Positions 26,409-33,914 of a DNA stretch of 37,347 bases are shown here, in pieces (within the stretch, counting starts at the first letter, position 1; every line of letters begins with the position of its first letter). Made by a program: the position numbers and the translations under genes. This DNA is from an archaeon (lineage in GTDB: Archaea > Iainarchaeota > Iainarchaeia > Iainarchaeales > JBDRCV01). The stretch covers positions 1-37,347 of the forward strand of contig JBDRCV010000002.1 of assembly GCA_043821385.1 (NCBI GenBank), written 5' to 3'. Under the pieces are notes generated by a model. The model saw nothing but the letters and a program-made list of their open reading frames with translations, was not told the origin of the DNA and ran no database searches.

Positions 26409-27203
26409 TCACTTTAATTCTTTTAATGCCTGCTCGCTCCACAAAGTTAACCTGCCTGGTTTACAGCCCGGTGCAAGCAATTCAGGATTCAAGTTTTTAA
26501 CGTTTACAACGTCCACGCCCTCTAAATTCCTGAAAGCACGATAATTTTTTACATCATTTAAAATAACTAATAAGCTCTTCTTTTTCTTGTATTTTCTTCC
26601 ACGCCTTCTGCCTTTTCCTGCTCTTAAATGCTTTTTCTTTTTCGCGTTTTCAACATCTATTCCAACACCCAGTTTAATTAAAACTTTTGAAACTTCAGCA
26701 GTCTTTTTTAAGCCTTCAATCTTGCTGTCAATTACTAAAGGAAATTCAAGTTTTCCTTCAAAATCATGCCCTCTTTCCTTTACTAGCTTCTTATCAGCGG
26801 TTGCCGCAATAGCACTATCTAACGCTTTCTTTTTTTCTTTCTTATTAATCTTTTCAATTATTGTTTTCTCGATTTTTGGAGGGTGAGCTTTTGGTCCACC
26901 AACAGACTGACTAATGCCTGCAACCCTGCCGTAAAGAATTTCCCTGCGGTTTTTTAATCTGGGCAGTCTAGCCCTGCCAGTGTTAATTGTACATCTAGCT
27001 CTGTTAGCTTTTCTTACACCAATATATTCAGCTGTATTATTTCTTCCAGCTAAAACAAAATTGCTTTTAGGTTGTTTTTTCTTGCTTGCAATGCTTAACA
27101 CTGCACGCTTAATTAAATTAGGGTAAAGTTTTGTTTCAAAACACTCTGGCAAACTTATGCTGCGAACTTTTTTTCCATCCAAATCATAAACGTTTGCCTG
27201 CAT
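26409..27203 (-). CDS. rpl4: 50S ribosomal protein L4 (uL4)
   Basis: 264 aa, QSVGGPKAHPPK, conserved slot between L3 and L23. Confidence 0.9.
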   Translation of the reverse strand: MQANVYDLDGKKVRSISLPECFETKLYPNLIKRAVLSIASKKKQPKSNFVLAGRNNTAEYIGVRKANRARCTINTGRARLPRLKNRREILYGRVAGISQSVGGPKAHPPKIEKTIIEKINKKEKKKALDSAIAATADKKLVKERGHDFEGKLEFPLVIDSKIEGLKKTAEVSKVLIKLGVGIDVENAKKKKHLRAGKGRRRGRKYKKKKSLLVILNDVKNYRAFRNLEGVDVVNVKNLNPELLAPGCKPGRLTLWSEQALKELK

Positions 27204-27207
27204 TCAA

Positions 27208-28230
27208 TCACCTGTGCTTTGTTGAGAAAAAAGTAATCTCCGAAATTTTGTGTTTTTTCTCTTTTGCAATCCTCACATGTTCTCTGATTGCAATAAGCCT
27301 TTTTCTTGGGCCTGGAACACTACCAGACAATAAAACAAAATCATTTTTAATTACTCCATAACCATTAAAACCGCTTAAAGGAGTAATTTCTTTACCATTA
27401 CCACCAACCATTAACACTTTCTTGTTTATTTCAGTTCTAGAAAAATAACCTAACTGTCCAGGCCTAGCTACAGTCCAATGAACTGTTGCAGGATGCCATG
27501 GCCCTAAACTTCCAAGTCTTCGCCTGTGCTTGCTTTTAGGCCTGTGTTGTTTAACTCCAAACCTCTTGATTACGCCTTGCCAGCCTTTACCTTTAGTCAC
27601 TGCTTTAACGTCAACAAACTCTTTTTCCTTTAAAATATCGCTAACTTTCAAGTCTTTTCCAAGCTTTTCTTTAGCAAAAGCCATTGCTTCATCTAACTTT
27701 CCGTTAACCCTTAATTCCACTATTTCAGGCTTCTTTTTACCAATTCCAGTCAATTTTGGTTGAGTATGACACAACAAACATAAAAACTCTATCTCGCCCT
27801 TCTTTTCTTCTAAATTACTCCAAGAGCCCTTATTTTCTTCTTTAACTTCTTTTTCAACTTTCTTTTCCTTTTTCTTCCTCTTTAATCCCTTTAACCTTCT
27901 TTCTAACTCTTTTTCAAGCTTTTCAGCCTTTACTTCTGTTAAAGCCTTTAAACCATAACTGTCTTTAGTGTAAGCTCTGACTCCAAAAACTTTTAATGCA
28001 GGGCATTCAATAATGGTTGCAGGTAAAACAATTTCCTGACCAAAAGTTGGAGCATTCTTGTGCTCGTCTTTTCCCATCAAGTGCATCATGCCTGCCTTGT
28101 AACCATAAAATGCTTGAACTCCAGTTTCCTCTTTTTTTGGAAAACTCCGAAGGCTAGGAATTTCTTTTTTAGCCTTCTTTCTTGGGTAGAAGGCCAGACT
28201 TCCAGATCTGGGTTTATGTACTTTTGGCAT
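27208..28230 (-). CDS. rpl3: 50S ribosomal protein L3 (uL3)
   Basis: PRSGSLAFYPRKKA N-terminus and TKGKGWQGVIKRFGVK. Confidence 0.95.
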   Translation of the reverse strand: MPKVHKPRSGSLAFYPRKKAKKEIPSLRSFPKKEETGVQAFYGYKAGMMHLMGKDEHKNAPTFGQEIVLPATIIECPALKVFGVRAYTKDSYGLKALTEVKAEKLEKELERRLKGLKRKKKEKKVEKEVKEENKGSWSNLEEKKGEIEFLCLLCHTQPKLTGIGKKKPEIVELRVNGKLDEAMAFAKEKLGKDLKVSDILKEKEFVDVKAVTKGKGWQGVIKRFGVKQHRPKSKHRRRLGSLGPWHPATVHWTVARPGQLGYFSRTEINKKVLMVGGNGKEITPLSGFNGYGVIKNDFVLLSGSVPGPRKRLIAIREHVRIAKEKKHKISEITFFSTKHR

Positions 28231-28438
28231 ACTTAAACACCTCTAAAAAACAGCGTTTAAAGCTTAATTTAGGGTTTTTTTTGAGAAAAAAGCAGTTATT
28301 GCCTTTCTCGTATTGCAAGCAACTATTTCTCCCTTCAATCTTGCTCGCAGTGTACGCTTAAAAAGCTCTGAATTTCATTATAAGATTATATTAATATATT
28401 AATTCTCCATAAAGCTTTAAAAAGGGTTTTGTTTGATT
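28231..28438 (-). promoter_or_regulatory. promoter and possible long 5' leader of the r-protein operon
   Basis: GAGGTG Shine-Dalgarno (28238-28243) 7 nt before the L3 ATG. Palindromic TATA-like ttaatatattaa at 28391-28402. A 66-nt stretch (28292-28357) is about 45% G+C by hand count, inside otherwise very AT-rich spacer. Confidence 0.35.
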
Positions 28439-28807
28439 TCAAGAATTAAATTCATTTAAGTCTTCAATATTCATTCTTGTAATGCATGCTCCGTTCTTGC
28501 AGGAACTAGTTTTTCCAAACAATTCTTTACAGTTAACTGTTTCAGACATTAAAGTTCTTTCTTCACAGTAATATTCTTTTAATTGCGTGCTGTCAATGCA
28601 TTCGTCAGAGTACTCGAAAGCTGCATTGTCTAGTGTAAAAACAATTCTTCCTTTTAAAGCATATTGTCTGCCGTTATCACTGTCAGCGCAAACATCTCTT
28701 TCTCCTGTCTTGCCTATAATGAATTCTTCGTTAATACAACCACTAACTAATATTATTATAATAAGAAATAAAATAACTCCAGCAATTCCTTTAAACCCTT
28801 TAAACAT
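28439..28807 (-). CDS. small Cys-rich putative lipoprotein
   Basis: Signal peptide ending in a lipobox-like LVSGC. The mature part has 6 further Cys, including a C.DSD.G...EYYC pattern. Confidence 0.6.
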   Translation of the reverse strand: MFKGFKGIAGVILFLIIIILVSGCINEEFIIGKTGERDVCADSDNGRQYALKGRIVFTLDNAAFEYSDECIDSTQLKEYYCEERTLMSETVNCKELFGKTSSCKNGACITRMNIEDLNEFNS

Positions 28808-28842
28808 GTAATTAATTACTTACTTTTAATTATTAAAGGTTT

Positions 28843-29907
28843 TCAATTAGTGTTAATGCTTTCATCCATGTCTTCCAGTGTTTTTTCCAATGAATTAGCT
28901 GTTGCCTGTAAGTCTTGCTCTAAGTTTTCTTCTGTTACTGTTTCGCCAAAAATCAATTCCATGTAAGCGTCATGCAATTCTTCCAGGTTTTCTCTTAACA
29001 ATTCTAAGAATTCAACTGATTCTTCATAATTCCCGTTATCAAATTCTGTTCTAGCTTTCTCTAAATTGTCTTCTGCTTTAACCTGAATTGCTTCTAATTC
29101 TGAAACATTAATTCCAATTAACTTTAAGTCTTCAATTATCATGCTTGTTCTTTCCAATACTTTCGTGCCAACAGTAATCCAGTAACCTGCAACAATTTTT
29201 GGAGGTAACTGCCACTGCAAGTCTCTAACTATTTGTGCCAGTTCAACTGATAACCCAAAAATTTCAAGTTGAACTTTTAAAACTTCTAGTCCTTTTTGTT
29301 CTTCTAACGCGCTTTCCAATTCACTTCTCTTGTCTTTTATTTCGTTTAACTTGTCTCTTGCCTCGCTTACATCAAACTTTAATAATTCTAAAGCATTCAA
29401 AGTATTTTCTGCTCTCTCTGCCCTGATGTCAAAAATTTCTAATGAATTCTCTTTGTTTTTTTCCCAGAAAGCGTTCTTTAATGAATCCAATTCTGTTTTG
29501 TTGTCATTTAATGCTGTCACAATTCTTGCAAGCAATACTAATGGTTTCCCATTGTTTTCAGTCATTAACTTTTGTCTTTCTTTAGAGAAATCGCTTGTAA
29601 TTCCAATTAATTCTCTTACAAGATTATTTAATCCTACATGCGTGTTTAACTCGTCAACGGTTTCAGTTTTCACATTAAATTCATCAAATAATTCAGTTAA
29701 TTTTCCTGCATCAGTTTCACTGCTTATTTCTTTAATGTAATCAATTACTGCTGTCATGCTTGTCTTCTGGATTTCTGTAGTCCAATGCAGGCTTGCTTGT
29801 CTTGTTTCAACCTGCCTGTCAAGAATTGGGTAGTCTGCTTTAGCACTAACAGTTAAAGAAAAACTAACCATTAACATTATTATTAATAAGAATAATAATT
29901 TCTTCAA
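28843..29907 (-). CDS. secreted coiled-coil protein of unknown function
   Basis: MKKLLFLLIIMLMVSFSLTVSAKA signal peptide, then an E/L/K-rich helical sequence. The TTG start overlaps the upstream stop (TTGA). Confidence 0.6.
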   Translation of the reverse strand: MKKLLFLLIIMLMVSFSLTVSAKADYPILDRQVETRQASLHWTTEIQKTSMTAVIDYIKEISSETDAGKLTELFDEFNVKTETVDELNTHVGLNNLVRELIGITSDFSKERQKLMTENNGKPLVLLARIVTALNDNKTELDSLKNAFWEKNKENSLEIFDIRAERAENTLNALELLKFDVSEARDKLNEIKDKRSELESALEEQKGLEVLKVQLEIFGLSVELAQIVRDLQWQLPPKIVAGYWITVGTKVLERTSMIIEDLKLIGINVSELEAIQVKAEDNLEKARTEFDNGNYEESVEFLELLRENLEELHDAYMELIFGETVTEENLEQDLQATANSLEKTLEDMDESINTN

Positions 29908-30257
29908 GTTAATTCCCCCAGTTCCTCGTTTTCAGGGTTAACTTCAAAAGGTTCAATTGTTAAAATATTTAAATCCGAATCTTTAACGCATTCACTCTTA
30001 CAACAACTAAAACTATCACTTGCATTAAGATAACTTAAACTACACTCTTGCCCTAACACGCATTCAAAACCATTTAACTCACTGCAAGTTTTAAAGTTTC
30101 CTTGAACTTCAATTGGCTGGGTTTCAGGGTTTGTTTTTAGTCCTTGATTTCCTGGCTGCTGGTTTTCTTGAGTTTGAACTTCTTTTTCAGTGCAGCCACT
30201 AAAACTTACAATAATTAGAATAAGAAAAAGTAATCCTAAAACAAAAACTTTTTTCAT
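29904..30257 (-). CDS. small Cys-rich putative lipoprotein
   Basis: Signal peptide ending in VSFSGC, a Q/N/P-rich linker, then a Cys-rich module CSELNGFECVLGQECS...SCCKSEC. Confidence 0.55.
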   Translation of the reverse strand: MKKVFVLGLLFLILIIVSFSGCTEKEVQTQENQQPGNQGLKTNPETQPIEVQGNFKTCSELNGFECVLGQECSLSYLNASDSFSCCKSECVKDSDLNILTIEPFEVNPENEELGELT

Positions 30258-30294
30258 GTAATAATTACTCCTTCATTTTATTTAAACCTATTTT

Positions 30295-30486
30295 TCAGCC
30301 ACTTTTAAAAAGTTTTTTTCCAGGTAAAACATGTTTGTCTCCAAAACCTATTCTTCCAATTTCAAACTTATCAATACTGCCAATTCCTGGTTTTTCAATT
30401 TCAATTTTTTCTTCTAACGCACTAACATTATTGAAAACAAAAAAAATTAAAATCACTAGAATTAAACTTAAAACAATTTTTTTCAT
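30295..30486 (-). CDS. small secreted peptide or membrane-anchored protein
   Basis: 63 aa, MKKIVLSLILVILIFFVFNNVSA signal-like N-terminus; first gene of the co-oriented cluster. Confidence 0.4.
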   Translation of the reverse strand: MKKIVLSLILVILIFFVFNNVSALEEKIEIEKPGIGSIDKFEIGRIGFGDKHVLPGKKLFKSG

Positions 30487-30573
30487 TATAACTTTACGAT
30501 TAAATTAATTTAAATAATTATGTTTTGTTACCACAAGTTATTTAAACCACTTTTCCCTTTCCTTTATTAGTGT

Positions 30574-31257
30574 TTGTTTTTGGTTAAATTAGAATTTTTT
30601 GGTCATTCTTTTTTTAGAATCACTGGCGGAAAAAATTGTTTGCTTGTTGATCCTTTCCTGCCAACCAATTCAAAAAGAAACTATCTTTTAACTTCTCCAA
30701 AACAAGCAAAAGATTTCAAGGACGTGGACTCAATTTTTATTTCTCACGAGCACGCAGAACACTTTGACAAACAGGCAGTTGAAGCAATTGCTTTAAGAAA
30801 TAATTCAATTGTTGTAAGCCATGAAACAGTTTTAAACCAGTTAGACATTCCAATCAACTTAAAGAAGTCAGTTGAATCAAATCAAGAATTCATTTTAAGG
30901 AATGTGAAAGTAAAAACTATTACTGCTCACCACCCCAGAACTTTTTCTTCTATGGGTTTCATGTTTGACTTTAATGGCAAAACAGTTTACCATGCAGGAG
31001 ACACTGATTTAACAGACATTTTCACTCAAATAAAACCAGATGTCGCATTGCTTCCAATTGGCGGACAAATAACCATGGACGTGATTGACGCTGTTCGTGC
31101 AACAAAAACCATGAAACCAAAATTTGTTATTCCAATGCATTACAACACTTTTGAAGAAATAAAACAAAATCCTTTAGAGTTAAAGGAAAGAATTGACAAA
31201 AGCATTCTGAACACTAAAACAATTATTCTTGAACCAGGGCAAAAATTCGAGTTCTAG
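30574..31257 (+). CDS. metallo-beta-lactamase-fold hydrolase (UPF0173-like)
   Basis: FFGHSFFRI...LVDPF, SHEHAEHFD metal motif, AGDT, PMHYNTF. TTG start. Confidence 0.7.
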   Translation: MFLVKLEFFGHSFFRITGGKNCLLVDPFLPTNSKRNYLLTSPKQAKDFKDVDSIFISHEHAEHFDKQAVEAIALRNNSIVVSHETVLNQLDIPINLKKSVESNQEFILRNVKVKTITAHHPRTFSSMGFMFDFNGKTVYHAGDTDLTDIFTQIKPDVALLPIGGQITMDVIDAVRATKTMKPKFVIPMHYNTFEEIKQNPLELKERIDKSILNTKTIILEPGQKFEF

Positions 31258-31297
31258 AAAAGTTTCCTTTAAATACTTGTTTGATTATTATTCTAGC

Positions 31298-32176
31298 ATG
31301 ACTGTAGGTAATTTAATTGGTAATTGTTTTGAAGCTTTAAAAAGCAGGGACTTATGGATAGCTAGTTTAGTTTTCATATTAGTTACTTTAGGTTCTTTCG
31401 TTATTTTTATGGGTTTAGGCCTTGTAATCCTTTACTTGTTTGCTTTAGGAATTATTGCTACAGCTGACTTTGCGGTAATAATTCTGCCAGCAATAATTTT
31501 GATGCTAGTTTTTGGAATAATTTACCTTGCAATAACTGCAATTGCAGTCATGGCTTTACTTAACTCTTTTAAAGCTTTTTACGAGAAAAAAAAGCTTGGA
31601 ATTCAAAAAAGTTATTCTCTTGCAATTCCTTTATGGAAGAACGGCTTAGTTCTAGCTTTGTTTGAAATTATTTTAATTGCAGTCTTGTTTATTGTTATTT
31701 TAAGTCCAGCAATAATAACTTTGTTTTCAAGCGGAACAATTGAAACCATTATTAATACAAGCATGACTGGATCGTTTGACTCTGCAATGGAGTCTGCAAT
31801 CATGCCAGTAATTGGCTTGTTTATTGGTTTGGGATTAGTTTTTGGAATAATAATACTAGTTTTACTGCCTTTCCTTTACTTGTTATTTCCAACTCTTGCC
31901 TTTGAAAAGAAAAGCGTTAAACAAACAATTAACATGGCTTGTAATGCGTGGAAGAAAAACTTTCTGCCAAGCCTTGCATTTGTTGTCATAATGCTGGTAA
32001 TTATTGTTGTTCTTTCAACTATTTTATCTTTAATTGGAGTTGCTTTAATGTTTATTCCAATAATTGGCTGGGCTTTTAACTTAATTTTCTCTCTTGCAAG
32101 CACTTTCATTTCAACAATCCTATCAATAGGACTAATAACACAACTATACTTAATGAATAAGAAATTCTTGAAATAA
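31298..32176 (+). CDS. polytopic membrane protein of unknown function
   Basis: ATG at 31298 is preferred over the TTG at 31229, which overlaps the upstream gene by 29 nt. About 6-7 hydrophobic helices. Confidence 0.55.
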   Translation: MTVGNLIGNCFEALKSRDLWIASLVFILVTLGSFVIFMGLGLVILYLFALGIIATADFAVIILPAIILMLVFGIIYLAITAIAVMALLNSFKAFYEKKKLGIQKSYSLAIPLWKNGLVLALFEIILIAVLFIVILSPAIITLFSSGTIETIINTSMTGSFDSAMESAIMPVIGLFIGLGLVFGIIILVLLPFLYLLFPTLAFEKKSVKQTINMACNAWKKNFLPSLAFVVIMLVIIVVLSTILSLIGVALMFIPIIGWAFNLIFSLASTFISTILSIGLITQLYLMNKKFLK

Positions 32177-32241
32177 AATAGTTTACTTTTTATCTGGCTT
32201 AACTTTAACTAACAATCCTTGTTCAATTTACTCTTCAACGT

Positions 32242-32790
32242 TCATAACACCACAGGCCTTTCACCAAACAATACAATTGAATCAAAAATAACGTTCTCAT
32301 AAAAAACTTTATCTTTAACTGCTTTTTTTCTCCATTCATTCCAAGAAAAAACAGTAACATTAACTTCTTTTTTAATCTTGTTCACAAACCTTAAATCTGT
32401 TTTTGTTTTCTTGAGAGAAATTACTAGTAAGTCAACGTCACTTTTCATGTCATTTGTTCCTTTGGCTAGACTCCCATACAATAAAATTGACTGCACTAAA
32501 GGAATTCTTTTAATTATTTCATTAACAATCTTTGAATCATTTAATTCATTTACATTAAACAATGTTTTCCACTGCCTGCATAACGCGTTATCCAAGCTTG
32601 CTTTATACTGGTAAGTTTTTCCTATCACTTTAAGTGAAACCATTCCCTTCTTATGCATGTAATCCAAGGCAATCCTGCTGGCACCAGGACTAAGTTTTGC
32701 TTCTCTTGCCAAACCCCTAACAGAAAAACTTTTTGAAGGAACCGCAGTCAAAACTTGCATAGCGTGAACCAAAGCATACTTTTCTAACAT
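32242..32790 (-). CDS. winged-HTH domain fused to a minimal nucleotidyltransferase (MNT/Pol-beta superfamily) domain
   Basis: N-terminal FSVRGLAREAKLSPGASRIALDYMHKKGMV. NTase motif LLYGSLAKGTNDMKSDVDLLV (GS...DxD). Confidence 0.7.
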   Translation of the reverse strand: MLEKYALVHAMQVLTAVPSKSFSVRGLAREAKLSPGASRIALDYMHKKGMVSLKVIGKTYQYKASLDNALCRQWKTLFNVNELNDSKIVNEIIKRIPLVQSILLYGSLAKGTNDMKSDVDLLVISLKKTKTDLRFVNKIKKEVNVTVFSWNEWRKKAVKDKVFYENVIFDSIVLFGERPVVL

Positions 32791-32810
32791 ACTAATACAT
32801 TATACAAGTG

Positions 32811-32933
32811 TTTATTTAAATGTAACGTCAACTTTTAGTTTACAATAAATTGTAACGGTGTTTTTCAATTATCTTAATGTTACAGTTGACTATAACAAAC
32901 AACCACTAAATGTTACGTTTCAGTGTAACATTT
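32811..32933. promoter_or_regulatory. promoter of the wHTH-NTase gene with five TGT(A/T)AC repeats, including a perfect 9-bp inverted repeat
   Basis: Minus-strand TTTAAATAAA TATA-like box (32811-32820) lies about 21-30 nt upstream of the ATG. Repeat cores at 32821-32826, 32851-32856, 32878-32883, 32911-32916 and 32924-32929. Inverted repeat aaatgttac-N8-gtaacattt at 32908-32933. Confidence 0.5.
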
Positions 32934-32953
32934 TGGTTTTTTGTGAAGGCAAT

Positions 32954-33865
32954 TCACTCAACCTTTACTTCCATTAAATCTTTAGCTAAATGAGACTCAT
33001 TAAATTCTTTTTTTGCTTCATTCAACAATTCATCTAGTTTCTTGTAACGGTTACTAAAGTGAGTTAAAAACAGTTTTCCAACTTTAGCTTTTCTTGCCAA
33101 CTTTGCAGCCATTTTAGCAGTTGAATGCTTTGTATCCCTCGCTCTGCCAGCATGTTTTTCAGTAAAACAAGCTTCATGAACTAAAACACTTGAACCCTTT
33201 ACTGCGTTCAAGTAATTTCCTTTAACTATAGAGTCAACAACATAGCTGACGCTTTTGCCTTTCTTTGCTTTAGAAAAATCTAATACTTGTGATGGCTTAA
33301 TTGTCTTACCTTTAACTTTCACACTCTTGCCTTCATGTAATTTCTTAAACAATGGTCCCGGTTCAACTCCTAACGCAATCGCTTTTTCTCTCAAAAACTT
33401 TCCTTTAGTTTTAATTACTTCTTCCAACTTATAACCAAAACAAGTCACAGTATGATTAACTTTGAAAGCTTTAACTAAAACGTTTTCGTCTTCAAAAACT
33501 TTTCCAGATTTTTCAACTTCTTTAACAATGACTTCAAACAACAACTTTCTTTCATTTAATTTTGAAATAGTTTTCATTAAGTTCTTGGTTCCCTTTGGCC
33601 CAAAAATTGTTAAAGTAAAATCTCTTTTATGCAAGTTCATGCTAGCAAGCAATCCAGGCAAACCAAAAACATGGTCTCCATGCAAGTGACTTAAAAAAAC
33701 CTCGTTTATTTTCATGTAAGAAACTTTTGCTTTCATTAATTGTTGTTGTGTTCCCTCACCACAATCAAACAAATAATTCTTGCCTTTAAACGAAACAATC
33801 GTTCCACTCAAGTTACGGTTTTTTGTCGGAGCACTGCTTGAAGTACCAAGAAAAGTTATATTCAT
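32954..33865 (-). CDS. rnz: ribonuclease Z (tRNA 3' endonuclease)
   Basis: MNITFLGTSSSAPTKNRNLS...LFDCGEGTQ and LSHLHGDHVFGLPGLL (HxHxDH). Confidence 0.9.
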   Translation of the reverse strand: MNITFLGTSSSAPTKNRNLSGTIVSFKGKNYLFDCGEGTQQQLMKAKVSYMKINEVFLSHLHGDHVFGLPGLLASMNLHKRDFTLTIFGPKGTKNLMKTISKLNERKLLFEVIVKEVEKSGKVFEDENVLVKAFKVNHTVTCFGYKLEEVIKTKGKFLREKAIALGVEPGPLFKKLHEGKSVKVKGKTIKPSQVLDFSKAKKGKSVSYVVDSIVKGNYLNAVKGSSVLVHEACFTEKHAGRARDTKHSTAKMAAKLARKAKVGKLFLTHFSNRYKKLDELLNEAKKEFNESHLAKDLMEVKVE

Positions 33866-33914
33866 TTTCTAACACCAACTAATTTAAATTGTTTTAATAT
33901 ATAATATTACTTGT

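Noticed and set aside
10101-27361. Numerous plus-strand ORFs of 60-190 aa inside the r-protein operon (e.g. 10101-10448, 12405-12848, 12710-13108, 16839-17417, 18786-19079, 21400-21774, 22885-23322, 23323-23799, 23672-24166, 26088-26417)
   Set aside because: They are antisense to highly conserved genes. Their translations are F/S/L-rich low complexity, the mirror image of K/E-rich codons. They lack Shine-Dalgarno sequences, and one runs through the tRNA-Leu gene. They are artefacts of AT-rich, strand-asymmetric sequence.
28255-28262. TTTAAA about 25 nt upstream of the rpl3 ATG (28255-28260) considered as the operon TATA box
   Set aside because: It would give an essentially leaderless mRNA, yet a clear GAGGTG Shine-Dalgarno lies between it and the ATG. 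It cannot be excluded, but the upstream palindromic TATA-like element is at least as plausible. It is left unresolved rather than called.
31229-31297. TTG start at 31229 for the membrane protein and TTG start at 37155 for the Abi-like protein
   Set aside because: Both are only longest-ORF extensions with rare start codons. The downstream ATGs (31298 and 37110) avoid the overlap and begin the plausible protein.
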